NCBI GenBank assembly: GCA_022013685.1 | Contig: JAKLPV010000218.1 | Location: forward strand, 5,213-69,212 | Source of the DNA: Anaerolineae bacterium | GTDB lineage: Bacteria > Chloroflexota > Anaerolineae > Anaerolineales > Villigracilaceae | Reading direction: 5' to 3' | Length of the DNA stretch: 64,000 bases | Part shown: positions 9,668 through 18,699 of the stretch, one piece after another | How the letters are laid out: the number at the start of each line of letters is the position of its first letter | Numbering within the stretch: the first letter of the stretch is position 1 | Program-made: the position numbers and the translations under genes | Notes under the pieces: model-generated | What the model was told of the DNA's origin: nothing | Database searches by the model: none | The model's input: only the letters and a program-made list of their open reading frames with translations

Positions 9668-9697
9668 AGAGCGAAATTGCCCCGAGCGCCACGCAGT
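9668..9697 (-). repeat. 31-nt motif CAGCCTCTCGACTGCG(T/C)GGCGCTCGGGGCAA in the rocD leader
   Basis: Matches 10753-10783 at 30 of 31 positions, same orientation; lies 24-53 nt upstream of the rocD ATG. Confidence 0.8.
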
Positions 9698-9729
9698 CGA
9701 GAGGCTGAAAAGAACCCCCACCCCGGCCT

Positions 9730-9770
9730 CCCCCAGTTTCCGCCGGTTGTCGAGACGCGGAAACTGGGGG
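9730..9770 (-). terminator. 14-bp stem-loop between argF and rocD (terminator or attenuator candidate)
   Basis: CCCCCAGTTTCCGC/GCGGAAACTGGGGG with a 13-nt loop. The T-rich tract on the minus strand is not immediately adjacent. Confidence 0.4.
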
Positions 9771-9796
9771 AGGGTGCCCGGAGGGCGGGAGGGGGT

Positions 9797-10720
9797 TTAT
9801 GCCACTTCCAATAAACGAGCCAGTACCGCCTTCTGTGCATGCAGGCGATTATGAGCCTGCGGAAAAATCGCCGAATGTGGGCCATCGGCCACATCGTCGG
9901 TCAGTTCGTGGTTGCGATGGGCCGGGAGGCAGTGCATGACGATCACATCCTTGTCGGCTTCGCTGACCAGTTTGGCGTTGACCTGGTAAGGCGGGAAGAC
10001 GGCTTCACGTTTGGCGGTTTCTTCTTCCTGGCCCATACTGGTCCAGGTGTCGGTGTAGATGACTTGCGCGCCCTTGACCGCTTCGTGCGGATCGGTCAGC
10101 AGATTGATCTTCGCGCCGCTGACGGCAGCCAGTTTCTTGCCAGTTTCGATGGCTACAACCGGCATGTCGTAGCCGTCCGGGTTGGCAATCGTGAAATTCG
10201 CGCCAAGCATGACCGCGATGTGCATCAGCGAAACAGCAACGTTGTTGCCATCGCCAACATACGAGACAGTCAGGCCCTTCATTGAGCCAAACTTCTCAAT
10301 AATCGTCTGAGCATCGGCCATCGCTTGGCAGGGATGGCTGAAATCGCTCAAGCCGTTGATGACCGGCACCGACGACCACTTGGCCAACTCGACAACATGG
10401 GCATGCTCGAAGACGCGCGCCATCATCACCTGGACATAGCCAGACATGACACGGGCAATATCCGCAATCGATTCGCGTTTACCAAGGCCGATTTCATTGG
10501 GGGAAAGGTAGATCGCGTCGCCACCCATATGGCGCATGGCCATATCGAACGAAACACGCGTGCGCAGGCTGGGCTTCTGGAAGATCATGCCCAACACTTT
10601 GCCCTTGAACAAGGGCGGGTTGCCATGCTCGAAATATTCCTTTTTCAAGCGGATGGCCAAATCTAAAATGTCTTGGATTTCTGCCGGGGAAGTATCGGCA
10701 ACGTCGAGGAAGTGTTTCAT
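9797..10720 (-). CDS. argF: ornithine carbamoyltransferase
   Basis: [20 protein letters not shown] and HCLPAHR motifs; 307 aa; AAGGAG ribosome-binding site. Confidence 0.93.
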   Translation of the reverse strand: MKHFLDVADTSPAEIQDILDLAIRLKKEYFEHGNPPLFKGKVLGMIFQKPSLRTRVSFDMAMRHMGGDAIYLSPNEIGLGKRESIADIARVMSGYVQVMMARVFEHAHVVELAKWSSVPVINGLSDFSHPCQAMADAQTIIEKFGSMKGLTVSYVGDGNNVAVSLMHIAVMLGANFTIANPDGYDMPVVAIETGKKLAAVSGAKINLLTDPHEAVKGAQVIYTDTWTSMGQEEETAKREAVFPPYQVNAKLVSEADKDVIVMHCLPAHRNHELTDDVADGPHSAIFPQAHNRLHAQKAVLARLLEVA

Positions 10721-10752
10721 GCTTTCAGTCTCCTTGGGGAAATTGGAAGGTG

Positions 10753-10783
10753 TTGCCCCGAGCGCCGCGCAGTCGAGAGGCTG
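10753..10783 (-). repeat. Second copy of the 31-nt motif, in the argF leader
   Basis: Lies 33-63 nt upstream of the argF ATG; see 9668-9697. Confidence 0.8.
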
Positions 10784-10785
10784 TT

Positions 10786-10837
10786 AAATTGTATTGTGAC
10801 AGAGGCCACGGAAAAACACCTGTCACAATACAAATTT
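10786..10837. promoter_or_regulatory. Large inverted repeat upstream of argF and downstream of the MBL gene (operator or terminator candidate)
   Basis: 14-bp perfect stem TTGTATTGTGACAG/CTGTCACAATACAA, extendable by AAA/TTT with a 1-nt bulge; 17-nt loop. Confidence 0.45.
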
Positions 10838-10902
10838 TATCACAGCGGCCTCATCAGGTCATGTCCCCTCTGTCACGTTTTGAATTGACGTTTGTACCGA
10901 TT

Positions 10903-11805
10903 TTAGAGCCTGAACTTCCTCCAATATCTTTGCAACCCGTCCGCGCTCATGCCGAGCGGGTTGGCCAGCAGGTAGGCTTCGCGCACGTCGGCGGGCAGGC
11001 CAATCGCGCGGCCCTGTTCTTCCATCCAATCGACAAATTTTAGGCGCAATTCTTCGATCGGCGGGTCCGCGGGCATGACCCGCTCCAGCCAGGCGTTAAC
11101 ATCGTTCAAGACCCGGTGAATGGCCGGGAAATGCCATTCGGGGTCGTCGAAAATGCCAAAATGGGTCGGGACAACATGGCGCGCGTTCAGGGCTTGCAGT
11201 TTGTCGATTGAAGCGTGCCAGCGTTCAATGTGCAGTTCGGGCGGCACAAAGGGCAGGCGCAGGTAGGGGTAAGTCGAAATGCGGATACCGCCCACATCGC
11301 CGGTAAAGCAGTAGCCATCCACAAAATATGAAACATGATGTTCGGCGTGACCCGGCGTATCGAGCGCCAGCACCTTCAGGCTGCCGCCCAGGGAGGTTTC
11401 GTCGCCGTCCTGCAGAATCGTCAGTTTTTCGGGCGCAACCGGCAAAAAGTCACCCCACAGACTGTGCATTTTATCGCCATAAATGCGCGTGGCCGAGGCG
11501 ATCAGCTTTTCAGGGTTGAGCAAATGCGGCGCGCCGTTGGAATGCACAAAAACCTGCGCCCCGCGCGTAGATAAAAGCCCGGCCGCCCCGGCATGGTCGA
11601 GATGGATATGGGTCAGGAAAACATGAGTGACGTCTTGCAAACCATAGCCCAGCACGGCCAGCGCCCGCTCCAGGGCCGGGACGGTCGAACCGGGACCCGA
11701 TTCAACCAGCGCAACCCCGTCCGCATGCGGAATTGCATAGGCCGCAATCGCGCTCGCCTGGCCCTGAAAGTCTAAATCGAGAGGCTGGATAGTTGTTTTC
11801 GCCAT
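10903..11805 (-). CDS. MBL-fold metallo-hydrolase
   Basis: THIHLDHAGA (HxHxDH) motif. Start moved to ATG 11805 (MAKTTIQPLD...). Confidence 0.85.
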   Translation of the reverse strand: MAKTTIQPLDLDFQGQASAIAAYAIPHADGVALVESGPGSTVPALERALAVLGYGLQDVTHVFLTHIHLDHAGAAGLLSTRGAQVFVHSNGAPHLLNPEKLIASATRIYGDKMHSLWGDFLPVAPEKLTILQDGDETSLGGSLKVLALDTPGHAEHHVSYFVDGYCFTGDVGGIRISTYPYLRLPFVPPELHIERWHASIDKLQALNARHVVPTHFGIFDDPEWHFPAIHRVLNDVNAWLERVMPADPPIEELRLKFVDWMEEQGRAIGLPADVREAYLLANPLGMSADGLQRYWRKFRL

Positions 11806-13091
11806 AACGGTTGCTCCTGTGAACGATTTTGAGCGGCAAAAGTCGAAAGTTTTTCGGCCAGGTCGTCGCCATTGGAAACCTGGCAAACCGGCACACCCCG
11901 CGTCAGCAGGCTTTCAGCCAGCCCATCGTTCGAAGTATGCCAGCCAAAAGTCTGCGGATTGAGCAGGATGACAACGGGACTCAGCCCGCGCCGGGCAATG
12001 TTTTCAACCGCGAGCAGGATGTCCTGCCGTGATGAAGGTGTTATCAGCAGCGCGCTGGACCCGTACGGGATGCGCGGCGTGATCGAATCGACCAGGCTGA
12101 CAAGCGGCAGGCGGCCTTCAGGCCTGACAAAAGCCAGCGTCTCGAGCAGTTTGCCTTCCTGTCGTTCACTGCGTTCGGCGGGGATGACGGTGTAGGCCGG
12201 ACCTTCGGTCACAAACCCGACTGCGCGGCGCTGACCGATGAAATAATGAGCCAATGAAGCTGTCAGGGCCACAGCATATTCGATGGTTGCCGGCGGCAGG
12301 GATAGCTGCGGCCGGCGTTGCAGGGTCCAATCGTGCCAGGCCGCCAGGGACGGGGCCGGCAGTTCATGATGGATGGCCGCTTCGGCGTCAAGGAAAAGCC
12401 ATATTTCGGCCTGCGGATCCTGCTCGAACTCCTTGACCATCAGGCGGTTGCGCCGGGCGCTGGTCGGCCAGTGAATACGCTTGAGCGGGTCGCCATGCAC
12501 ATATTCGCGTACCCCGGCAGCATGGGGCGTGATTTCGAGCGACTTCTGGCGGATGGCTTTGCCGCCGGGCAGGTAGCCCGCGGGGGAAGGAAAATCTGCG
12601 ATAGGCAGGATCAGCGGCAGGACGAGCAAGGAATCAGCGTGGGAAATCGTCCGTTTAACGGAGAACAGGCCAAACGGGTCGCCAGACGCCAGCGTGGTCG
12701 GCCCAAGCTGGTAGACGCCCCTTTGAGTGAGCCAGGTGCGGGCCAGATAAGAACGCGTCTGATTTCTCCCCAAATTGGTAAGCAAGCGCGATCCCGCGGC
12801 CTGCGGCAGGTTGGAGCGGTTTTCGATTTCGACCCACAGGCGCGGCAGGCGGCTTTGGTTGAACAGGTCGAAATTTTCTTCAAACATATCGCCGACCGAA
12901 GCGCGCAGGGAACGCGCCTGGCGGGTTAATCGTAGTTTTCGCAGGGAAAGAAATGTCCACAACCAGGCAGCGCCCAGCAATAACCCGCTCAGATAGGCCA
13001 GGCGAACGTATAGATCGGCCCCGTTGATGATGGTGCCGACCAGGCCGACTGCAAACAGGAGCAGCAGAAAAAGGCGCGCCGGGTTTCGCAT
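11772..13091 (-). CDS. DUF58 domain protein (MoxR-associated, two N-terminal TM helices)
   Basis: Motif GVREYVHGDPLKRIHW is typical of DUF58. It lies directly downstream of MoxR. ATG 13091 is preferred over the upstream TTG at 13124. Confidence 0.8.
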   Translation of the reverse strand: MRNPARLFLLLLFAVGLVGTIINGADLYVRLAYLSGLLLGAAWLWTFLSLRKLRLTRQARSLRASVGDMFEENFDLFNQSRLPRLWVEIENRSNLPQAAGSRLLTNLGRNQTRSYLARTWLTQRGVYQLGPTTLASGDPFGLFSVKRTISHADSLLVLPLILPIADFPSPAGYLPGGKAIRQKSLEITPHAAGVREYVHGDPLKRIHWPTSARRNRLMVKEFEQDPQAEIWLFLDAEAAIHHELPAPSLAAWHDWTLQRRPQLSLPPATIEYAVALTASLAHYFIGQRRAVGFVTEGPAYTVIPAERSERQEGKLLETLAFVRPEGRLPLVSLVDSITPRIPYGSSALLITPSSRQDILLAVENIARRGLSPVVILLNPQTFGWHTSNDGLAESLLTRGVPVCQVSNGDDLAEKLSTFAAQNRSQEQPLWRKQLSSLSI

Positions 13092-13092
13092 T

Positions 13093-14043
13093 TCAGGCGT
13101 TGAAGGTTCCGCCAGGGACGGCAACCGCCAGCAGGATTTCCTGCACCAGCTTTTCGGCGGTCACATCACGCAGGCGGGCAGCCGGGTTGACAATCATGCG
13201 GTGAGGCAGCACGGCCCCCGCCAGAGCTTTGACATCGTCGGGCAAGACATAATCGCGGCCAAGCAGCGCTGCGCGAGCCTGGGCCGAGCGAAAGAGAGCC
13301 AGCGAACCGCGCGGGCTGGCGCCCAGGTAAATATCGGCGTGCTGACGGGTGCGATGAACAATGTCGATAATGTAACGTTTGACCGCCGGGGAGACAAAAA
13401 TCTCGCGCACGGCATCGGCAGCCTGCAAGACTTCATCGGCGCTGATAACCGCTTCGACGCTTTCGATCGGGTGACGCAACTGCTGGTTTTCGAGGATGCG
13501 AATCTCGTCGGCTGCGCCGGGATAGCCCAGGCGCAGGCGCAGCAGGAAACGATCCAATTGGGCTTCGGGCAGCGGGAAGGTGCCCTCGTATTCGATCGGA
13601 TTTTGGGTGGCAAGCACCATGAAGGGACGCGGAAGGATGTGGGTTTGTCCGTCCACCGTGACCTGGCGTTCCTCCATGGCTTCGAGCAGGGCAGCCTGGG
13701 TCTTGGGAGTGGCGCGGTTAATCTCATCGGCCAGGATGATCTGCCCAAAGAGCGGGCCTGGGCGGAATTCGAATTTACGGTTCTCCTGGTTGAAGATGGA
13801 GGTGCCTGTCACATCCGATGGCAGCATATCCGGGGTAAATTGCAGGCGGTTGAAGGCGCAGCCGAGCGATTTTGCCAGGGTGCGCGCCAGCACCGTCTTG
13901 CCAACGCCGGGCACATCTTCGATGAGCACATGTCCCTGGCAGAGCAGGCCGATCGTGATCAGATCGAGGGCGTTGCGCTTGCCAATGATGACGGTTTCAA
14001 GGTTTGCAAATAGTTTTTCGCCAAATGCTTTCAGGTCGGTCAT
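13093..14043 (-). CDS. MoxR-family AAA+ ATPase
   Basis: Walker [10 protein letters not shown], Walker [10 protein letters not shown], ~316 aa. Start at ATG 14043. Confidence 0.92.
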   Translation of the reverse strand: MTDLKAFGEKLFANLETVIIGKRNALDLITIGLLCQGHVLIEDVPGVGKTVLARTLAKSLGCAFNRLQFTPDMLPSDVTGTSIFNQENRKFEFRPGPLFGQIILADEINRATPKTQAALLEAMEERQVTVDGQTHILPRPFMVLATQNPIEYEGTFPLPEAQLDRFLLRLRLGYPGAADEIRILENQQLRHPIESVEAVISADEVLQAADAVREIFVSPAVKRYIIDIVHRTRQHADIYLGASPRGSLALFRSAQARAALLGRDYVLPDDVKALAGAVLPHRMIVNPAARLRDVTAEKLVQEILLAVAVPGGTFNA

Positions 14044-14163
14044 GGTAGCTGTCCTTTGGGGGTGGATGAGTAGCTTGATTGTACGTGAGAATTGGGCGCG
14101 GGGCAAGCAATATTAGAACCAGTCAAAAAGACTGCTAAAAAACCCAAAGGTGACAAAAGTCAC

Positions 14164-14191
14164 TTGATTTTTCATCCGAGATGTCTATACT
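14164..14191 (+). promoter_or_regulatory. Candidate sigma70-type promoter for the large envelope protein gene, preceded by the palindrome GTGACAAAAGTCAC (14150-14163)
   Basis: TTGATT-16 nt-TATACT, about 33 nt upstream of ATG 14224. Confidence 0.4.
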
Positions 14192-14223
14192 TTAACCTAT
14201 TACTTCTCGAACACAGGCAGGGA

Positions 14224-16899
14224 ATGATGAAACCCTTCTCCGGCAAACACACTTGGTTATTGTTTTTAACAGCCCTGACCCTCCTGGCAGGCCTGGGCGC
14301 GGCCATGTACGACTATCTGGGGCCTGATCGCACCGTCACTGAAAGCAATGTCGAAACCTATGATTACGGAGTGTGGGCAAAACCAAATTATATTGACCCT
14401 GCAACAGGTGAGTGTGCCTGCAAAAAAGCCGGCCAACCAGACGTATGCGCAGATGGCTGCATTGTTTGCTCTTGGGAAAGAGCCCCCGGCAACGCCTGCG
14501 GAGACGCCACCTACTGGTACAAACTCGGCACGCAGTCCGAAGTCGTCACCACCACCCGCACCTACCCCGAAGCCAGCATCAGCGGCGCTTTACAATCTTG
14601 CGCACTGCATAACGGCTGGTGCGCGACATCGCCTTTTCTCTCACTAACGGCCAACGAACCGGTTGCAGGCCATCAAATCCTGCTGCTGGAAGGCACGCGC
14701 AATGGCGAGATATTCGCCTGCGCGAGTACGGGCTGCGATATTCCCCTGCTGGAAGGCGAAAACACCTTCACCTATTGGGCGCTTTCCGATTGGGGAGATA
14801 GCTCACGCATGGGTAACCTCAGCGCCAGGGTGGACACCCAACCGCCACAGATAGACGGCGCAATGAGCGGGACACCGGGCGAAGCGGGCTGGTATGTCTC
14901 ACCGGTGACCTTTTCCGCCTCGGCTTCCGACCCCCAGCCTGCTTCAGGCATCCAGGCATTTTCCTACGCCCTGATCGACGGCGCATGGACAGCCTATACC
15001 GCGCCTGTGATCGTGGGCGATGGCGCTCATTCGATCATCTTTCGCGCCCAGGATGTTGCCGGGCACATACTCGAAATCAGCCAGGCGGTGCAGGTCGATA
15101 CGCTCCCGCCGCAAGTTTCTGGTGCGCTCAGCGGCGAGCAGATAAATGGATGGTATCTCTCGCAAGTGACGTTCTCCGCCTCGGCGGTTGACACAGGTTC
15201 GGGTGTCGCGCGAATTGAATACAGCCTTGGCGGGGACGCATGGCAACCGTATAATGCGCCTGTGATGATTGGCGATGGCATCCACAGCCTGCGCACACGC
15301 GCCCTCGACGTGGCGGGCAACACCGTCGAAGGGGAAACTTTATCCTTCCAGGTGGATGGCGCCTCTCCGCGCATTCAACTGACTGAGTCCTGGCATATTT
15401 GGGAAAGCGGCAGCTTGCAAGTGAACGATGGCGGCAGCGGGCTGGCAGGCGTGGAAATTGAAATCCGCGACCCGCAGGGCAGGTGGCAAAAAGTGTCACG
15501 TGCTCATGAAACCAACGGGCAAGCTTTCGCCACCAATATCACCTGGAACAGAAAATTTGCAGACGGCACAATCGCTCCCATTGGCGCATACCAGGTGGTC
15601 ATCAAGGCTTCTGACTACGCCGGGAATATGAGCAGCGAGACGGCCAGTATCTTCATCCCCGCGCCCAATGCACCGACCTATCCACCCGCGCCAACCCGGA
15701 CACCGGTCACAACCGCCACTGGCGTTCGGGTGGTTGCACTTATGCCCTCAGCAACAATCACAGCCACACGGACGCCAGTTGTTTCCACCTTTGGCCTTGC
15801 GCCGCCAGTTGTTTCCGCTGCGCAGGCTTCTGTCCCCTCGACCAGTGGCGGGCAAGACCTGTGGGGCGCGGCGGCGCTGGCAGCGATCAGTGGAGCAACC
15901 GCATACGCGCTCGAACAACAACGCCAGCGCAAGGAAGAGGAAGCCCGCCAGGCCGCCGAAGCCGCGCAAAAAGCCGCCAGCCTGAACGCCGCCGCGGCCC
16001 AGGCCAAGGTGCAGAACTACCTGCAAGGCAAGGCCATGCTCGAGGCGCAACTGGCGCAATCCGCTTCCCATCATGGCCAGGACGCCAAACTCGAACGCGA
16101 AGAAGGCAAAGAAGAAATCGCCTGGGAAGCCTGGAAAGACCGCTCCCAACTCCTGGCCGCGCAACGGGCCGAGGTAGAACGGCAGAGACAGGCACAAGAA
16201 GATGCTAATCGCACCTACGCTGCCCTGCGCGAGAAGGGACAGTCCATCACTGTTACTGCGCCAAAGGAAAAACCGTGGTGGACTTTGCCATCCTTTTCTT
16301 TTCCTGAGCGCGAGGCCAAGTTGTTAGCAGAAAAAATACCTTCGATTGGTATTACCAATGGACGAAAGCAAGAACCGGTGTTTAAATTTTTGGCTCCGCC
16401 CAGTCTCGTTTCTTTTGGAGCAATTACCAGGTATCGATTTACAAGCAATGCAAATCCAGGTGCAGAATTACGAATAGATGGAATTGGAGCCGGCAACATT
16501 TATGAAGCTAATCAACCAGCATTGATGGCGAGGGCCAATTTTGACACTGGTGAGCTTGTTGCAAAAGTGAGGGTTCCATCGGAACTTAATTTTACAAAAG
16601 GTGGATTTTCATGTTCTGCTGGTTATTCTGCCAATATGTATATCCAGTGGAAAGGGATTTATTCAACAATTGGCGCGGATATTAATTATGCTGACATAAA
16701 TGCCAAAGGAGCAGGTGTAAAGGGCAATATAAGCAAGGGGGCATATGTAGAGGTTCAACCAGCGCCGATACTAGCCGCAGCTGCTCTTGCTACAATAGTG
16801 GTATTTACACCGTTTGATGAACTCGTTGCTTTAGGGGCAGCAGGATTGAAAGCATTACAAGAGGCAGGCCGCATACTGCAACCTGCATTTGAACGTTGA
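14224..16899 (+). CDS. Large envelope protein: N-terminal signal anchor, Cys-rich region, three repeated Ig-like modules, Pro/Thr linker, TM helix, charged coiled coil, and an unknown low-GC-encoded C-terminal domain
   Basis: Internal repeats VDT.PPQ..G..SG....GWY.S.VTFSASA.D..SG......Y.L..G.W..Y.APV..GDG.HS...RA.D.AG start at 14829 and 15094, with a third related module at 15352. The TM segment is LWGAAALAAISGATAYAL. Start placed at ATGATG 14224. Confidence 0.8.
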   Translation: MMKPFSGKHTWLLFLTALTLLAGLGAAMYDYLGPDRTVTESNVETYDYGVWAKPNYIDPATGECACKKAGQPDVCADGCIVCSWERAPGNACGDATYWYKLGTQSEVVTTTRTYPEASISGALQSCALHNGWCATSPFLSLTANEPVAGHQILLLEGTRNGEIFACASTGCDIPLLEGENTFTYWALSDWGDSSRMGNLSARVDTQPPQIDGAMSGTPGEAGWYVSPVTFSASASDPQPASGIQAFSYALIDGAWTAYTAPVIVGDGAHSIIFRAQDVAGHILEISQAVQVDTLPPQVSGALSGEQINGWYLSQVTFSASAVDTGSGVARIEYSLGGDAWQPYNAPVMIGDGIHSLRTRALDVAGNTVEGETLSFQVDGASPRIQLTESWHIWESGSLQVNDGGSGLAGVEIEIRDPQGRWQKVSRAHETNGQAFATNITWNRKFADGTIAPIGAYQVVIKASDYAGNMSSETASIFIPAPNAPTYPPAPTRTPVTTATGVRVVALMPSATITATRTPVVSTFGLAPPVVSAAQASVPSTSGGQDLWGAAALAAISGATAYALEQQRQRKEEEARQAAEAAQKAASLNAAAAQAKVQNYLQGKAMLEAQLAQSASHHGQDAKLEREEGKEEIAWEAWKDRSQLLAAQRAEVERQRQAQEDANRTYAALREKGQSITVTAPKEKPWWTLPSFSFPEREAKLLAEKIPSIGITNGRKQEPVFKFLAPPSLVSFGAITRYRFTSNANPGAELRIDGIGAGNIYEANQPALMARANFDTGELVAKVRVPSELNFTKGGFSCSAGYSANMYIQWKGIYSTIGADINYADINAKGAGVKGNISKGAYVEVQPAPILAAAALATIVVFTPFDELVALGAAGLKALQEAGRILQPAFER

Positions 16900-16910
16900 G
16901 GTTAAGTCTA

Positions 16911-17672
16911 ATGTCTACTGAATTGAAAAATAAACTTTACTTGCAACTTGTTCATGGTAATTATGAAATAGGAAATGATATAGTAGAACAAGCGAAGTTT
17001 GACACAGAGCTAAATTGCATTTTGTTTTTAGCTTCTGTTGGAAAAAAAAGGCTAATTTATAAATGTCAACCTTTGCTATCGGAAAACCAGGCTTGGCGAA
17101 CTGACAATAATAGTGCTGTTTGCTATGAGGCCAAGGCAGTGGCTGCTTATATTCAGGGCGATTTAGAAAACGCACATAATCACTCTTCGCAAGCCTTGGA
17201 ACTTAATTCAAATGCTTTTTTTCCCCGCGCCATTTTATCTGAAATGGCAATAAATGAGCGAGATTATAAAAACGGTATTAGATATTATCGAGAAATTCTG
17301 GATATATACCCCTCACATAATAATACTTTGCTGAATTTAGCAAATGTTCTTCTTCTTGCAAAAGGAGATTATGACGAAATTCTTAGCTATGTAAAAAAGT
17401 CGAAAAAATCATTGCGGCGTGACCTGTATTTGTTTCTTATTCCTTTTGGCAAACCGTTTGCTCGCTTTATTTGGCTCTTCATTGCGTTACCGTTATTCTT
17501 AATTCCTGTGGTTGGCAATTACATATTTCTTCTACTGACTATAGTTCTTGTTGCCATTGGCCTGGTTACACTCAAAAAAATTGGGCTCGATGTTCTTATC
17601 ATTACTCGGTTGTTTGCACTGCAAATTATTTCTACCCTAATTTGGATGTTATCATTGCTTTTATCCAGATAA
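16911..17672 (+). CDS. TPR-like repeat protein with a C-terminal multi-pass membrane region
   Basis: TPR-like segments (AYIQGDLENAHNHSSQALELNSN..., YKNGIRYYREILDIYPSHNNTL) are followed by ~3 hydrophobic helices. DNA is ~30% GC. A TTG at 16896 overlaps the upstream stop codon. Confidence 0.7.
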   Translation: MSTELKNKLYLQLVHGNYEIGNDIVEQAKFDTELNCILFLASVGKKRLIYKCQPLLSENQAWRTDNNSAVCYEAKAVAAYIQGDLENAHNHSSQALELNSNAFFPRAILSEMAINERDYKNGIRYYREILDIYPSHNNTLLNLANVLLLAKGDYDEILSYVKKSKKSLRRDLYLFLIPFGKPFARFIWLFIALPLFLIPVVGNYIFLLLTIVLVAIGLVTLKKIGLDVLIITRLFALQIISTLIWMLSLLLSR

Positions 17673-17704
17673 TTTTTTGCTCGCCTGCTTTGGTAAATAA
17701 TAAA

Positions 17705-18682
17705 ATGATGAAAAATATCAAATTTATCCTATCGTTTTTCTTCTTTGTTGCCTTTCTCTCTGCTTGTGATTTGGCAGTAGATTCAAACGTCGTGTTAAGG
17801 AAATCGCCAGATTATGTGCGTGTTGAGAGAGGTAATATTTCCGACTTGGCCTTTTCGCCCGACAGTAATTTTCTGGCAACTTCTTCGAGCCATGAAATAT
17901 TCTTTTACAACGCGAAGACACTTGAAGAAATGCATGTTTCAGTATCAGATTCAGATGTTATTGAGATTGCTTTTTCTCCAGACAGTTCTCTGTTGGCCTC
18001 CGGTCACTGGAATCATACTGTGCAGTTATGGGATGTTCGTACCGGACAAAATGTAAAAACCTTGAGAGGTCATACTCAATGGGTCAACAGTGTAGCCTTT
18101 TCTCCTGATGGACTGTTGCTTGCCTCCGCTTCGCTCGATCGAACGGTACATGTTTGGGATGTTGAGAGTGGACAGGCTTTGCGGGTTCTCGATGACTTTG
18201 ATGAATGGGTTCGCAGTGTCGCGTTTTCGCCTAACGGCTTATTCCTTGCCGTTGGCGCGGAAGATAAAATGGTAAGGATATGGGAAATTGAAACCTGGCG
18301 CAAAGTAGGGGAATTATCTCATGATTATGGCGTTGGCACAGTGGCATTTTCACCGGATGGTTCCTTACTGGCATCTGATTCAAACGAAACGGTGCAGCTT
18401 TGGGAAGTTGATACATGGCGTAAGATACGCGTGCTCAATCTGAATTCCTGCCAGGCAAATCGGACAGTATTTTCTCCCGATGGAACATTCCTTGCCGTAG
18501 GTTGTCTTGAAGACACCATACAAATATGGGATGTTGCCACCGGACAATTGGAAACTGAGGTGGACGGAAATTCTGACTTGGTTAATAAGTTAGCTTTTTC
18601 GGCGGATGGGCGTTTGCTTGCCTCGGGCACATTTTCTCGTGATAAAACCATATGGTTTTGGGAAATTATTCGGCAGGAATAA
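17705..18682 (+). CDS. WD40 beta-propeller lipoprotein
   Basis: Signal peptide with lipobox (FFFFVAFLSAC). About 7 WD40 repeats (AFSPD...LAS....VQLWDV). Start at ATG 17705; the listed longer ORF is an upstream extension. Confidence 0.85.
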   Translation: MMKNIKFILSFFFFVAFLSACDLAVDSNVVLRKSPDYVRVERGNISDLAFSPDSNFLATSSSHEIFFYNAKTLEEMHVSVSDSDVIEIAFSPDSSLLASGHWNHTVQLWDVRTGQNVKTLRGHTQWVNSVAFSPDGLLLASASLDRTVHVWDVESGQALRVLDDFDEWVRSVAFSPNGLFLAVGAEDKMVRIWEIETWRKVGELSHDYGVGTVAFSPDGSLLASDSNETVQLWEVDTWRKIRVLNLNSCQANRTVFSPDGTFLAVGCLEDTIQIWDVATGQLETEVDGNSDLVNKLAFSADGRLLASGTFSRDKTIWFWEIIRQE

Positions 18683-18699
18683 TTACAAAGTTTCTCTCA

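Noticed and set aside
11775-11789. A partial match (CCAGCCTCTCGA) to the 31-nt rocD/argF motif at the DUF58/MBL gene junction.
   Set aside because: Only ~11 nt match, and it lies within coding sequence. This is compatible with chance.
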